A stretch of DNA of 64,000 bases from a virus, in IMG/VR virus record IMGVR_UViG_3300047160_003189, positions 1,411 through 65,410 of that record; one strand, 5' to 3'. Positions 55,292 through 63,901 of this stretch are shown piece after piece. How positions within the stretch are numbered: position 1 is the first letter of the stretch; each line of letters starts with the position of its first letter. The notes under the pieces were generated by a model. The model saw nothing but the letters and a program-made list of their open reading frames with translations, ran no database searches and was not told the DNA's origin. Both the position numbers and the translations under genes were made by a program.

Positions 55292-58200
55292 GACGGCTTA
55301 TGCGCCCTTACTTCATCCATGGTCTTCGAGCCCTCCACGCCGGTGATATGGAATTTTACTCCCTGCGAGGCGAGACGCCTGAGTTGCGATTTGGTAGGTA
55401 TAAGTCCAGTACTCTCGCTTTCGCTGGCCAGCGGGAAGCTGATGACCGGGCCGGTATCCTTCCACGAATTGAATACTACGTTCTCAAGCGGGTTGTTCTC
55501 AAGGTTCGACATATCTACGTTGTCGAACAGGTCTTTGTGAATACCCTGATCCGCACCTATCCAGTACAAATTGCCGGCGGCATCCATGACGCCACGCAAT
55601 GCGCCTTCGCCCCACTCGTCATGCGCCCAACTCTTTACTGTGTCAGGGTCGCCAATACGCTTGAGAGCCGCTTCGCTCATAGCTACTAGTTCCTTGGCCG
55701 AAGGGTTCTTGTACATGTTGACCGTCTGGCCAGTATTGGCCACGATCTTCTGCGGTGGAGTAAAAGGCTGTACTTTATCGCCTTCCTCGGGGACTTCTAC
55801 TTTATGCCCGTCTGGACCTATAGTAAATCTGCCGCGCCAGTTCTCGATAGGCAATGCGCCGGTAGACTGGAAGCCGGGATTTACTGCCATGAACAGATCA
55901 TGCCAAGCCTTAGTACCTTTCTCGATCTCCTCATCCATCTTGTTGAACCGCTCGTCGTCTGTACCAGTAACTCCTTCCCAAGCCTTCTTCTCGCCGAGTG
56001 GCGGGCCTTTATGTACTGGAAAGCCGGTCTTGGGATTTACGTCCATCCCAGGCTCGGGACCGGAGCGGCCATTCTCATAGAATACTCTGGCCATCTCCGC
56101 CAGGGTTTCGTGCATGGCCCTGTCAGTAGACATCTCGCCCTTCCACCACAAATCCCAGTACTTCTTGCTATAGTTGGTAACGCCATCGGCGCGGGCGAAG
56201 GTCTGCGGGTTGATCTGGCTCACCAGCTTATTGTACTGTTGATAGATCGGATACTTCTCGGCATAGGGCGGCTTCAGCTCTCCGGTGTCGGCGCGCATCA
56301 GCTCACGGCCCGGTACGTTCATGTTCTCGTTGATGACCTTCTGATACTCCGCTTCATACTTGTCGATCCAGTCTTGGAAGCGGGTATGCTCGATCTCATG
56401 CGCCGTGACGCCGGCTATGGTGTCGCGGCTGAGCTGCCGCAAGTATAAAGTAATATTGCCCTTCTCGGGACCGCTGATCTGAGCCGCACCTGCGTAGTGC
56501 ATGACCTCATCGCCCAGCTTGAAAGTACGATCCTTAGTCTCGAAGTGTACTTTATTGATGTCGAAAGGTATATCCTTGAGGACATGCTCGACAATAGTAC
56601 GCGCATCCTTGAGGCTGGCCCTGGTCATCATAGCAGTATCACTAACCGGGAACAGGCCAATGTAGCTCTGACCATTCCAAGTCGTCTTGCGCAGCTCCAT
56701 GCCCAGCTTGTCGATCTCGTCTTCGAGAGTGTAGTGCAAGCCCTGCGCCGGGAAGTAGTTCTTGAGAAGGTCGAGGCTATCGAGGTCTTTGCGCGGCATG
56801 TAGCCATTGAAGTTGTTGAGTAGAGCCCTGACCGGACCTCGGGTTTTCTTAGTATAGCCGAGAGCTACCATCACATCGTCGGAGTGCAAGCCTCGGTTCT
56901 TGGCGTGCTCACTGTTGGAAAAGTCACTACCGCGCTCCGGCTCCTTGTCGGACTTCTCTTCAGTAATCTCTCTGTACTTCTGAGGAGCGCCGGCTTCGCC
57001 CAGCTCGCCGCCTACCTTCTTAGTGAATTGTCCGCCCCCTGTTTGGCCAAAAGGGACACGAGGGTGGTCCTCCTCGCGCCACTCGTCTGTACTGAGGAAT
57101 ATCTCTGGATCGAAGCTGTCGGCGGCGGTAGCGCCCTTATGGCCGGCTCCTCCGGTGAACTTGTCGGCTTCCTCGAGTAGTTGCACAATATCCATGTCAA
57201 CTCTGGCGACCCTCATAGTATTGTCGCCCAGCTTGTTGTTCTCGGCGTCGAGTGCGATCATCGCGCCCCAGTGGTGATGACCGTCGAGTATGTAGTTGTC
57301 CCGCGACACTACTACTCTGCGCTGACCTTTACTCGGGTCGAGCCTGATCTTGTCGGCGTTGGCCTTGATCTTGGCAGCTACTATCTGATCCTGGGTTGCA
57401 CGCATATACTGCGGCTTCTCCTCGTCTTTATCTACATCGATGCCGCGCTCCTGTAGAGACTTCAGGAAAGCCTTGGTCTGTTCTTTGGTAAGTTGCGGCA
57501 TCTTGATGCGAGGTATTCCCTTAGCCTCGGCACAGAACAGGTTGGTGCCGGCGACCGATACGTTGCAGAGATTGAAGTCGGGAGCCTTGCCGCCAAGCTT
57601 CACCATCTCGGTCGTTACTTTGGCGAGCTTGTCAACCAAAGTAGAAACCTCACGAGGCTGGTGCAGTTCTACTTTCTTATTCTCGTAGAGAGCCCTGACT
57701 GCATCGTCCACGTTGGTAGTATAGATTTTGCCCTGGAAGAGCTTGGCGCTCTTCGAGTATCCGTGACCGGGGTGCTCGACGTTCTGGCCTTCCCACATAT
57801 GCTTCATACGTCCAGCGGCGAGCTGTTCCTTGCGCAGCTTTTGCTGTCCTTCGGGAGTATTGTAGTTGCCGGGACCGAACTCGCCCTTATTGGTAGGCTG
57901 GCCGCGATGTATTTTACTCTCATCGAAGTGCCGCTTATCCTCGGCAAGTATATCTGCGTCCTTGGCGACCGGCTTACCTTTCGGCTTCATCCTGGCGAGC
58001 TGTTGCTGGCCCTGTTGCTTCTTGTTCTCTAGTTGTAGTTTATTCTTGTGGTCTTGCTGCATCAGCTCTTTCTTCCGCTGATGCTCCTTGTCCATACGTT
58101 GACCCTCGGGCATCTCTTGCCCCTGGTCTTGCTCGTTACCTTGCTGTTCCTGTCCAGGCTCGCCCGGCTGGCCGCCCATCTGCGGCTGTAGTAATTCTGG

Positions 58201-59682
58201 CACGTCCTCGATATCGAGCCCTTCGTATGGCGTGTCGGGATCGTTGGCTATACGCTTGCGCTCCTCTTCTGGATGCAAGACGCCAGTATTGATAAGTCCT
58301 TCGCCAGTAGTAGCGTCGATCTGCCGCTTCTGCGACTTCTCCAATTCGGTCATCTCGTAGAGTTCGACGTATTCGTAAGTAATATCGTCGTCGATCTGCC
58401 CGAACCTGTTGAGCTGCAAGAAGCCAAGTATAGTGTGCAAGTGATCGTTGTACATCGCCTCTTGCTCGGAATGGATGAGATCGTAGAAAACCCTGATCTC
58501 CCACTCGGACGTAGCATTGAGGCCGGAAGGGCTGATGCCAGTGTACTTAACCAGCGGAATGCCGCACGAGGCGCATATCTGTTCGAGCGCCTGTACTTGC
58601 AGCTTGTCGAGGCCGCTTAGCGGAGTAGCCACGACAACGAAGTCTTCGCTTTCCATGTCCAATACTGCAAGGCCACGGTTGTCGCGAGTATTGTTGTAGA
58701 ACTCCATGCGCCTGAAGAGGTCTTCGCCGCCTTCCTTCAAGCCAGCCGACAGATCGGTCTTGATGCAAGATACTGCATAAGAGTGGATCATATCGCTGAC
58801 CGACTGGCGAGTACGCAGCCAGTTGTCTACATATGGCTTCGACATCTGACTTCTACTTAAGCCGCCGAAGCTGAAAGCCGGCTTGTAGATGTCGGGGACC
58901 GGGCGACCGATGAAGGTCAGCAACCGAGAGGCGTGCATGGGTCGCGACATGCAGTACCACTCTGTCGGGTTATACCAGTCGTCGGCAAGTGGATCGGTGG
59001 TATTATACTTGGTTGGCCAGCACCAGATCGGATCTACTGCCTTGAAGCCAAGTAGAGAGCCTGGCTTGAACTTCTTCAAGCTGACCTCGTTGCGACCGTC
59101 GCCGATGTCGGTAAGTAATTCCTTGGGGCTTTCGAGCTGCCCGGTGTCTATGTAGATGTGTGCCCTGCCAAAGTAGCCGTCCAATGCAGTCACATGCTGC
59201 ATGACCTCTTTTACTTTGAAGTTCTTGATATCGTCGTTGAGCATACTGATTTGCTCGGCCTTGGCTCCCTCGTCGCCTTTGGCCTTCAGGCGGATGAACT
59301 TGCGCGTCATCTCAGTAGCGAATATCTCGCTGATCCGTCTATACTCTGTGCGGAGCGCCAGCTCGGCAAGATACGGATAGCCGAGAAAAGTAGTTCCCTC
59401 GGCTATCATGCTCGACAGGTCAGTATTCGCCCAGCCGACCCCCGACAGCATGGCGTCGTCCATCGCCATAGTAGGATGCTGATTATACTTGGTGGGCTTC
59501 GGCCCGACGCCGGGAGGATGTAGTAACCTCGGAGTGAAGGGGTTCATCATCAGTCCAGGCTCGACAGGCTTGCGGCGCGAGCGGGCTACCATCTCTTGGG
59601 TGATCTTGATGGCGGGCTTGTTGATACGCACCCTGGCTTTGGGAGCGTTTATACGAACTCGCTTCTTGGGCATGTCGAGCAT
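55288..59682 (-). CDS. Portal protein (DUF1073-like) fused to about 900 aa of extra domains
   Basis: FLGYPYLAELA, YFGRAHIYID, HASRL, GGLSRSQ, IPLVKYTGISPSGLNATSE; extension has ILDGHHHW and AHEIEH motifs. Confidence 0.85.
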   Translation of the reverse strand: MLDMPKKRVRINAPKARVRINKPAIKITQEMVARSRRKPVEPGLMMNPFTPRLLHPPGVGPKPTKYNQHPTMAMDDAMLSGVGWANTDLSSMIAEGTTFLGYPYLAELALRTEYRRISEIFATEMTRKFIRLKAKGDEGAKAEQISMLNDDIKNFKVKEVMQHVTALDGYFGRAHIYIDTGQLESPKELLTDIGDGRNEVSLKKFKPGSLLGFKAVDPIWCWPTKYNTTDPLADDWYNPTEWYCMSRPMHASRLLTFIGRPVPDIYKPAFSFGGLSRSQMSKPYVDNWLRTRQSVSDMIHSYAVSCIKTDLSAGLKEGGEDLFRRMEFYNNTRDNRGLAVLDMESEDFVVVATPLSGLDKLQVQALEQICASCGIPLVKYTGISPSGLNATSEWEIRVFYDLIHSEQEAMYNDHLHTILGFLQLNRFGQIDDDITYEYVELYEMTELEKSQKRQIDATTGEGLINTGVLHPEEERKRIANDPDTPYEGLDIEDVPELLQPQMGGQPGEPGQEQQGNEQDQGQEMPEGQRMDKEHQRKKELMQQDHKNKLQLENKKQQGQQQLARMKPKGKPVAKDADILAEDKRHFDESKIHRGQPTNKGEFGPGNYNTPEGQQKLRKEQLAAGRMKHMWEGQNVEHPGHGYSKSAKLFQGKIYTTNVDDAVRALYENKKVELHQPREVSTLVDKLAKVTTEMVKLGGKAPDFNLCNVSVAGTNLFCAEAKGIPRIKMPQLTKEQTKAFLKSLQERGIDVDKDEEKPQYMRATQDQIVAAKIKANADKIRLDPSKGQRRVVVSRDNYILDGHHHWGAMIALDAENNKLGDNTMRVARVDMDIVQLLEEADKFTGGAGHKGATAADSFDPEIFLSTDEWREEDHPRVPFGQTGGGQFTKKVGGELGEAGAPQKYREITEEKSDKEPERGSDFSNSEHAKNRGLHSDDVMVALGYTKKTRGPVRALLNNFNGYMPRKDLDSLDLLKNYFPAQGLHYTLEDEIDKLGMELRKTTWNGQSYIGLFPVSDTAMMTRASLKDARTIVEHVLKDIPFDINKVHFETKDRTFKLGDEVMHYAGAAQISGPEKGNITLYLRQLSRDTIAGVTAHEIEHTRFQDWIDKYEAEYQKVINENMNVPGRELMRADTGELKPPYAEKYPIYQQYNKLVSQINPQTFARADGVTNYSKKYWDLWWKGEMSTDRAMHETLAEMARVFYENGRSGPEPGMDVNPKTGFPVHKGPPLGEKKAWEGVTGTDDERFNKMDEEIEKGTKAWHDLFMAVNPGFQSTGALPIENWRGRFTIGPDGHKVEVPEEGDKVQPFTPPQKIVANTGQTVNMYKNPSAKELVAMSEAALKRIGDPDTVKSWAHDEWGEGALRGVMDAAGNLYWIGADQGIHKDLFDNVDMSNLENNPLENVVFNSWKDTGPVISFPLASESESTGLIPTKSQLRRLASQGVKFHITGVEGSKTMDEVRAHKPS

Positions 59683-59715
59683 AGTACTGTCCTCTGATAG
59701 TATAACCTCGAGAAA

Positions 59716-60213
59716 CTACTTATGCTTCTTCTTCTTCTTGCCGTACTCGTCTTCGTGGTAGTCTTCCTCCGCATCCTGCGGGTGCTCGTGCGGCGGCTCC
59801 TTCTCGGTAGGCGCGGCTTCCTCTGGATTGGTAGGCTCCTCTGGATTGGTAGGCTCCTCGGAGGGAGGATCGGCGGGAAGTTCTGTACTTCCCTCGCCTT
59901 CCTTCTTCTCTTCTCCCAATACCATGACTGAGCCGGAAGTGACGATGGCGTTGTCTTTATACTGTTCCATCCACTTCTGCATATACTCGGCATCTACCGT
60001 GTTGACGCCATGAATGAGCTTGACGTTGGGAACGTCTACTGCACTGTGGCGCATCTCGCCGTTCGTCTCATCCCTTACTGCCGGCCCGAACAGGCGCAGC
60101 TCGATGCCGCTCGGCATGTTGCACAATACTTGTACTTTCTTCTTCTCGGGCGGCGCTTCTACTTTCACATCCTCGGTCGCCGGCGCTTCTACTTCCTTTT
60201 CCTCGTCAGCCAT
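59716..60213 (-). CDS. Hypothetical protein, paralogue of the 43190 gene
   Basis: VQVLCNMPSGIELRL...GVNTVDAEYMQKW; acidic tail with an 18-bp duplication at 59821-59856. Confidence 0.75.
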   Translation of the reverse strand: MADEEKEVEAPATEDVKVEAPPEKKKVQVLCNMPSGIELRLFGPAVRDETNGEMRHSAVDVPNVKLIHGVNTVDAEYMQKWMEQYKDNAIVTSGSVMVLGEEKKEGEGSTELPADPPSEEPTNPEEPTNPEEAAPTEKEPPHEHPQDAEEDYHEDEYGKKKKKHK

Positions 60214-62044
60214 TTCTTCTACTCCTCTTGAGAGCTGCATCGCTGATACGAAACTTCGGCCCCTCCTTCTTGTCGGGAGCCGTCTCTTCCAGCCGCTTCA
60301 AGTACGGTCTTGGAACTTGAGGTAGTCTTGAGGCGGACAGCATAGTGTCAGTAATTCTCGGCAATGGCGAGCGGGCCGGGAAGTAGTTCATCACTACAGC
60401 GTCGGCGATATTGGGCGACTTGCTGCCGTCTGGCTTCTTATCGACCAGTAGTTTGAGGCTTGTAGATTGAACCATGCATGGCTGCGATAGCTCTTTACAT
60501 AACTTTCTAAGCAAAGGTATTGTGGAGGGAATAGAAATAAGATCGTTTGGATCGTAAGTAAAGAACTTGTCGCTGACAGCTCTGTAAGTAAGCTCGAAGC
60601 GTCGCCTGAGAGCCCACCAAGCCTGCGCCTTGAAGTTCTGGTAGAAGTCTTGGTTGAGCGGAGATTGCTTGTCGCCATCGATCACTCGTCTTTCCGGCCA
60701 AAGTACTTTCGCACCGGCGTGCCAGGGAACCATAGTAATTCCAGCGGGCACCAAGTTGTCTTCCTTCAGTCTATTGTATTCGCTGCGCACCCCGGCACCG
60801 ACGCCCACCGCATCGTACTGGATAGTGACAGGCCCAAGCATACGGCAAGCATCGATGGCTCGTCTGGTAGTAAATCCAGTATCACGTTGACCCCATTCAT
60901 CAACAGATTTAAGTACAACTCCCTTTCGAAGAGTAAAAGCATTGGCATCCCCGCCACCCCTGCCGCTGAAGGTCTTTCTGGTATCGGCCCTGAGCTTCTC
61001 CGGTACATCATCAGCAACGTCGAGTGCCGCCGACCAGCCGCCCGTATCATCGAAGCCGAGCTTGACGTGGGCATCGATGGCTGCGTTTACGTATTCGCCG
61101 GGGATGATAATCCCAGCCATGGATGCAGCGTAGTCTCTATCGATCTCCTGCTTGAAGACATGCAGTAGTCCCTCGTCCTCTGCCTTCTGCCGCTTAGTAC
61201 TATACCATTCTTTACTCTTGCGCGGGTCTTCCGACCAGTCGAACACGAATACGTTAGTCCTGCCCTTTACTATCGACTGGCCGGGAGCCCAATCAACTCC
61301 TACGTCCCGTCTGCGTTCGAATAGAGTACCAAAGCCTGAAACGCTGGAGACATCTACCTGACATCTAGTATTCTCTGACAGCGCCGCCTCGATGAACTCG
61401 GGGTGCTCGAGGTGAGCCGCCTCGTCAACGAAGTAGATCAACGATCTGCCGCCGCGCCCGATGTTGTCGCCGATGTCTCCAGTAATGGTCGAGCCGTTCT
61501 CCGAGTTTATGATCCGCATATACGTCGTATGTACTTTGGGGTTGAAGCCCTTGGGCAGCATCTCGGGCGGCAGGCCACGTATAATAATCCGCATCTTCTC
61601 GAATATACTGTTGTGGTCGCCGAGATTGTCTACCAAGTCCTTTTCCCTCGATCCCCAGCCGATCGCCGCTCCCTTGCGGTACAGCCAAAGCCAGACCGAG
61701 AAGGCGCAGCATAGCCAAGTCGCGCCCATCTCGCGGGACTTCTCTACTAGTCCTCCCTCTTGGGCTTTCAGCAATAAGTACAAGTAATCGATGAACTCAC
61801 GCTGACGCTCGAACAGTATAAAGGGGAGATTGGGCGGCTTGTCCTCTTCCATGGCGAGGCGCGGGTCGTAGGTCTGCACCCAATGCTCGATCCACTCGGC
61901 CGGCTTGTCCTTGTAGTATTCCTTTGTTCCGATCATCAGGTTGTAGTCATAGTGACGCATCCGCAAGATGTATTCTTGGCGGATGCGATAGACTTCAAAG
62001 TAGTTTGGCGGCCAGGACTGTTGCGGCCACTGAGTATTCATCAT
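60206..62044 (-). CDS. terL: Terminase large subunit
   Basis: EKSREMGATW (Walker A), GRGGR, YFVDEAAH (Walker B), LDVADD nuclease Asp, SPNIADA. Confidence 0.92.
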   Translation of the reverse strand: MMNTQWPQQSWPPNYFEVYRIRQEYILRMRHYDYNLMIGTKEYYKDKPAEWIEHWVQTYDPRLAMEEDKPPNLPFILFERQREFIDYLYLLLKAQEGGLVEKSREMGATWLCCAFSVWLWLYRKGAAIGWGSREKDLVDNLGDHNSIFEKMRIIIRGLPPEMLPKGFNPKVHTTYMRIINSENGSTITGDIGDNIGRGGRSLIYFVDEAAHLEHPEFIEAALSENTRCQVDVSSVSGFGTLFERRRDVGVDWAPGQSIVKGRTNVFVFDWSEDPRKSKEWYSTKRQKAEDEGLLHVFKQEIDRDYAASMAGIIIPGEYVNAAIDAHVKLGFDDTGGWSAALDVADDVPEKLRADTRKTFSGRGGGDANAFTLRKGVVLKSVDEWGQRDTGFTTRRAIDACRMLGPVTIQYDAVGVGAGVRSEYNRLKEDNLVPAGITMVPWHAGAKVLWPERRVIDGDKQSPLNQDFYQNFKAQAWWALRRRFELTYRAVSDKFFTYDPNDLISIPSTIPLLRKLCKELSQPCMVQSTSLKLLVDKKPDGSKSPNIADAVVMNYFPARSPLPRITDTMLSASRLPQVPRPYLKRLEETAPDKKEGPKFRISDAALKRSRRNG

Positions 62045-62196
62045 GATATTACTATCCCCAAGCCTATGAAGAAGATCGCCCCGCCGACCAGCAACGCCGC
62101 TGCGGCGTAGACTGGTTTCCAAGCTATCATGCTCGCACCATAGCCGGCACTGGCCAGCAACGGGCCTACTATCATAAGTATAACTCCCCTGGACAT
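62041..62196 (-). CDS. Small two-TM membrane protein
   Basis: Translated by hand: MSRGVILMIVGPLLASAGYGASMIAWKPVYAAAALLVGGAIFFIGLGIVIS; coupled to genes on both sides. Confidence 0.6.
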   Translation of the reverse strand: MSRGVILMIVGPLLASAGYGASMIAWKPVYAAAALLVGGAIFFIGLGIVIS

Positions 62197-62921
62197 CAGG
62201 CGATATCAATATTGCTGTAGACGGCGGCGATGGTCTGATTGGTGGCGGCCCGGTAGATACCGCACTTGAAGTAGTTGGTGTCCGAGCTGTCGCCGCCGAG
62301 CGCCCCGTCGTAATCTACTATCTTTTCTCCGTCGCGCCAGACCTTGACCGTACCGGCATTGTTGCCGAACTGCGCGGCGATCTCCATCGCATACTTGCGA
62401 TTTCGTACTATAGGCTGCGGATCGGAGTAAGCTCTGATCTCAGTACTACTGGGATCACGAAGTATAATATTCATGTGCTCGCCGTACATAGCCACGGCAA
62501 ATGGAGGGTTGGCGATCTGATGACCGTGTATCTGCCCGATTATCATCCAGTCCGCTTTGTTGGCCGGGCTCTCCTCCAAAGTAAAACCGTAGGCAATGCT
62601 TATCAAGGTGCCGTGCGTCCAATAGGGACTTTGCCGCTCGATCTCGCTACGATTGACATCATTACTATCTTGGCGATTGTGGTCCCCGCCTCTTACTTCG
62701 AAACGCAAACTGTACTCGTCTGGATTGGTCAGGCTCCACTCGCGGTCTGCATTCTGAGTATAATAACCGTGACCGTCGATCTCGATCCTGGCGTCGTTGG
62801 CACCGGAGAACTCAGTAATCAGGCCGGCTTCGTTATCAGGATCGGGCGGATTGATTGGCGGTTGCTCCTCGTAAGTCAAAGTACCATTGAAGATACCGTT
62901 CACTATAGTAATGGTTGGCAT
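62196..62921 (-). CDS. Polysaccharide lyase-like protein (beta-jelly roll)
   Basis: RFEVRGGD...RSEIE, IIGQIHG, VKVWRDG, YFKCGIYR. Confidence 0.75.
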   Translation of the reverse strand: MPTITIVNGIFNGTLTYEEQPPINPPDPDNEAGLITEFSGANDARIEIDGHGYYTQNADREWSLTNPDEYSLRFEVRGGDHNRQDSNDVNRSEIERQSPYWTHGTLISIAYGFTLEESPANKADWMIIGQIHGHQIANPPFAVAMYGEHMNIILRDPSSTEIRAYSDPQPIVRNRKYAMEIAAQFGNNAGTVKVWRDGEKIVDYDGALGGDSSDTNYFKCGIYRAATNQTIAAVYSNIDIA

Positions 62922-62931
62922 TGTTCCTCTC

Positions 62932-63231
62932 CTAGTACACTGTGGGAACGAAGAAGCAAAATACGTTGGATGCTCTGGCTCTCATCAAGTAGAAAGCCCA
63001 GGCGTGTCCGTCCTGCGAGACATAGGGGTGAGTAATTACCATGTCTATGCCTTCGATCTTGTAGCCGCCTCTGACCTGCCACCAAGCTATACCTTCGGCG
63101 TCGAGGTCGTGCGCGTCACTCTCGCCGCAACACTTGTCCTTGACCCATGTTGGTATCGGCTTGCCGTTCGACCAGCTCTCATGAGCATGGGCAGTAGAGC
63201 ACAGTAGAAAGAGCAAGCTATACTTTAGCAT
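62932..63231 (-). CDS. Small Cys-containing protein with signal peptide
   Basis: MLKYSLLFLLCSTAHA leader; CCGESD...CFFVP. Confidence 0.7.
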   Translation of the reverse strand: MLKYSLLFLLCSTAHAHESWSNGKPIPTWVKDKCCGESDAHDLDAEGIAWWQVRGGYKIEGIDMVITHPYVSQDGHAWAFYLMRARASNVFCFFVPTVY

Positions 63232-63258
63232 CGTTCACCTTCTCGCTCGTCGGACATT

Positions 63259-63888
63259 TTACTTCCTCAAGCCTTGCAGTGCCGGCCGTCGCCTCTTGGG
63301 CACATCGATCTGTACCAGCGCCGCCTTGAAGTCATAGTAGTAATCAGCAATCAACGTATCCTTGTCGTGACCGTTGACTATAGTACGAGCGTTCACCGGG
63401 TCTTCAGTATTCTCATCGAAGAACTTGGGCAGACCGACGCCGGTAAACCAGCCGTCTATCATGCCGTCGAATAGTACTATTGCGCTCGGCTGGTCTTCGA
63501 GCATCCTATGCGGATACTGATGAAGCGGGACGTTCATCCCGTATTCGTCAAGTACTCCCTGACCTTTTATGTAGTTCTCTTCCCAGGTCAACTGCACATG
63601 CCCGCGACCGTAGTAGCATTGACCATATGGCCCGGTGGGCTTTCCGTACTCATGACCTGATCCGCGACCATACTCTTCTATCGGACGCATCTGGGTCGCC
63701 GTCTCATGGAATACTGTAGCTAGACAGTAAGCCAGCCAGGGAGTTGATTGCTCGGCTGCGCTTTCCTCGAAACGGCATTCCCATTCGCTCATCAAGTAGT
63801 TCATGCCGTCTACTTGTTGCTGGCTCAGCGAGCCGCCGAACGGCTTTACTCGTACTCTTTCGAAGAACAAGTCTGCGTCGTAGGGCAT
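63259..63888 (-). CDS. GH19 (chitinase-like) endolysin
   Basis: YCLATVFHET, PIEEYG, YYGRGHVQLTWEENY, ARTIVNG. Confidence 0.88.
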   Translation of the reverse strand: MPYDADLFFERVRVKPFGGSLSQQQVDGMNYLMSEWECRFEESAAEQSTPWLAYCLATVFHETATQMRPIEEYGRGSGHEYGKPTGPYGQCYYGRGHVQLTWEENYIKGQGVLDEYGMNVPLHQYPHRMLEDQPSAIVLFDGMIDGWFTGVGLPKFFDENTEDPVNARTIVNGHDKDTLIADYYYDFKAALVQIDVPKRRRPALQGLRK

Positions 63889-63901
63889 GTGCTTTCCTTT
63901 T

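Noticed and set aside
55288-59682. Portal as the anti-CBASS nuclease Acb1
   Set aside because: DUF1073 portals sometimes carry that label, but position and motifs indicate a portal and I found no 2H phosphoesterase HxT/S pair.
60206-62209. 667-aa terminase as given in the ORF track
   Set aside because: The first 55 codons overlap a two-TM gene; the start at 62044 fits the gene coupling better.
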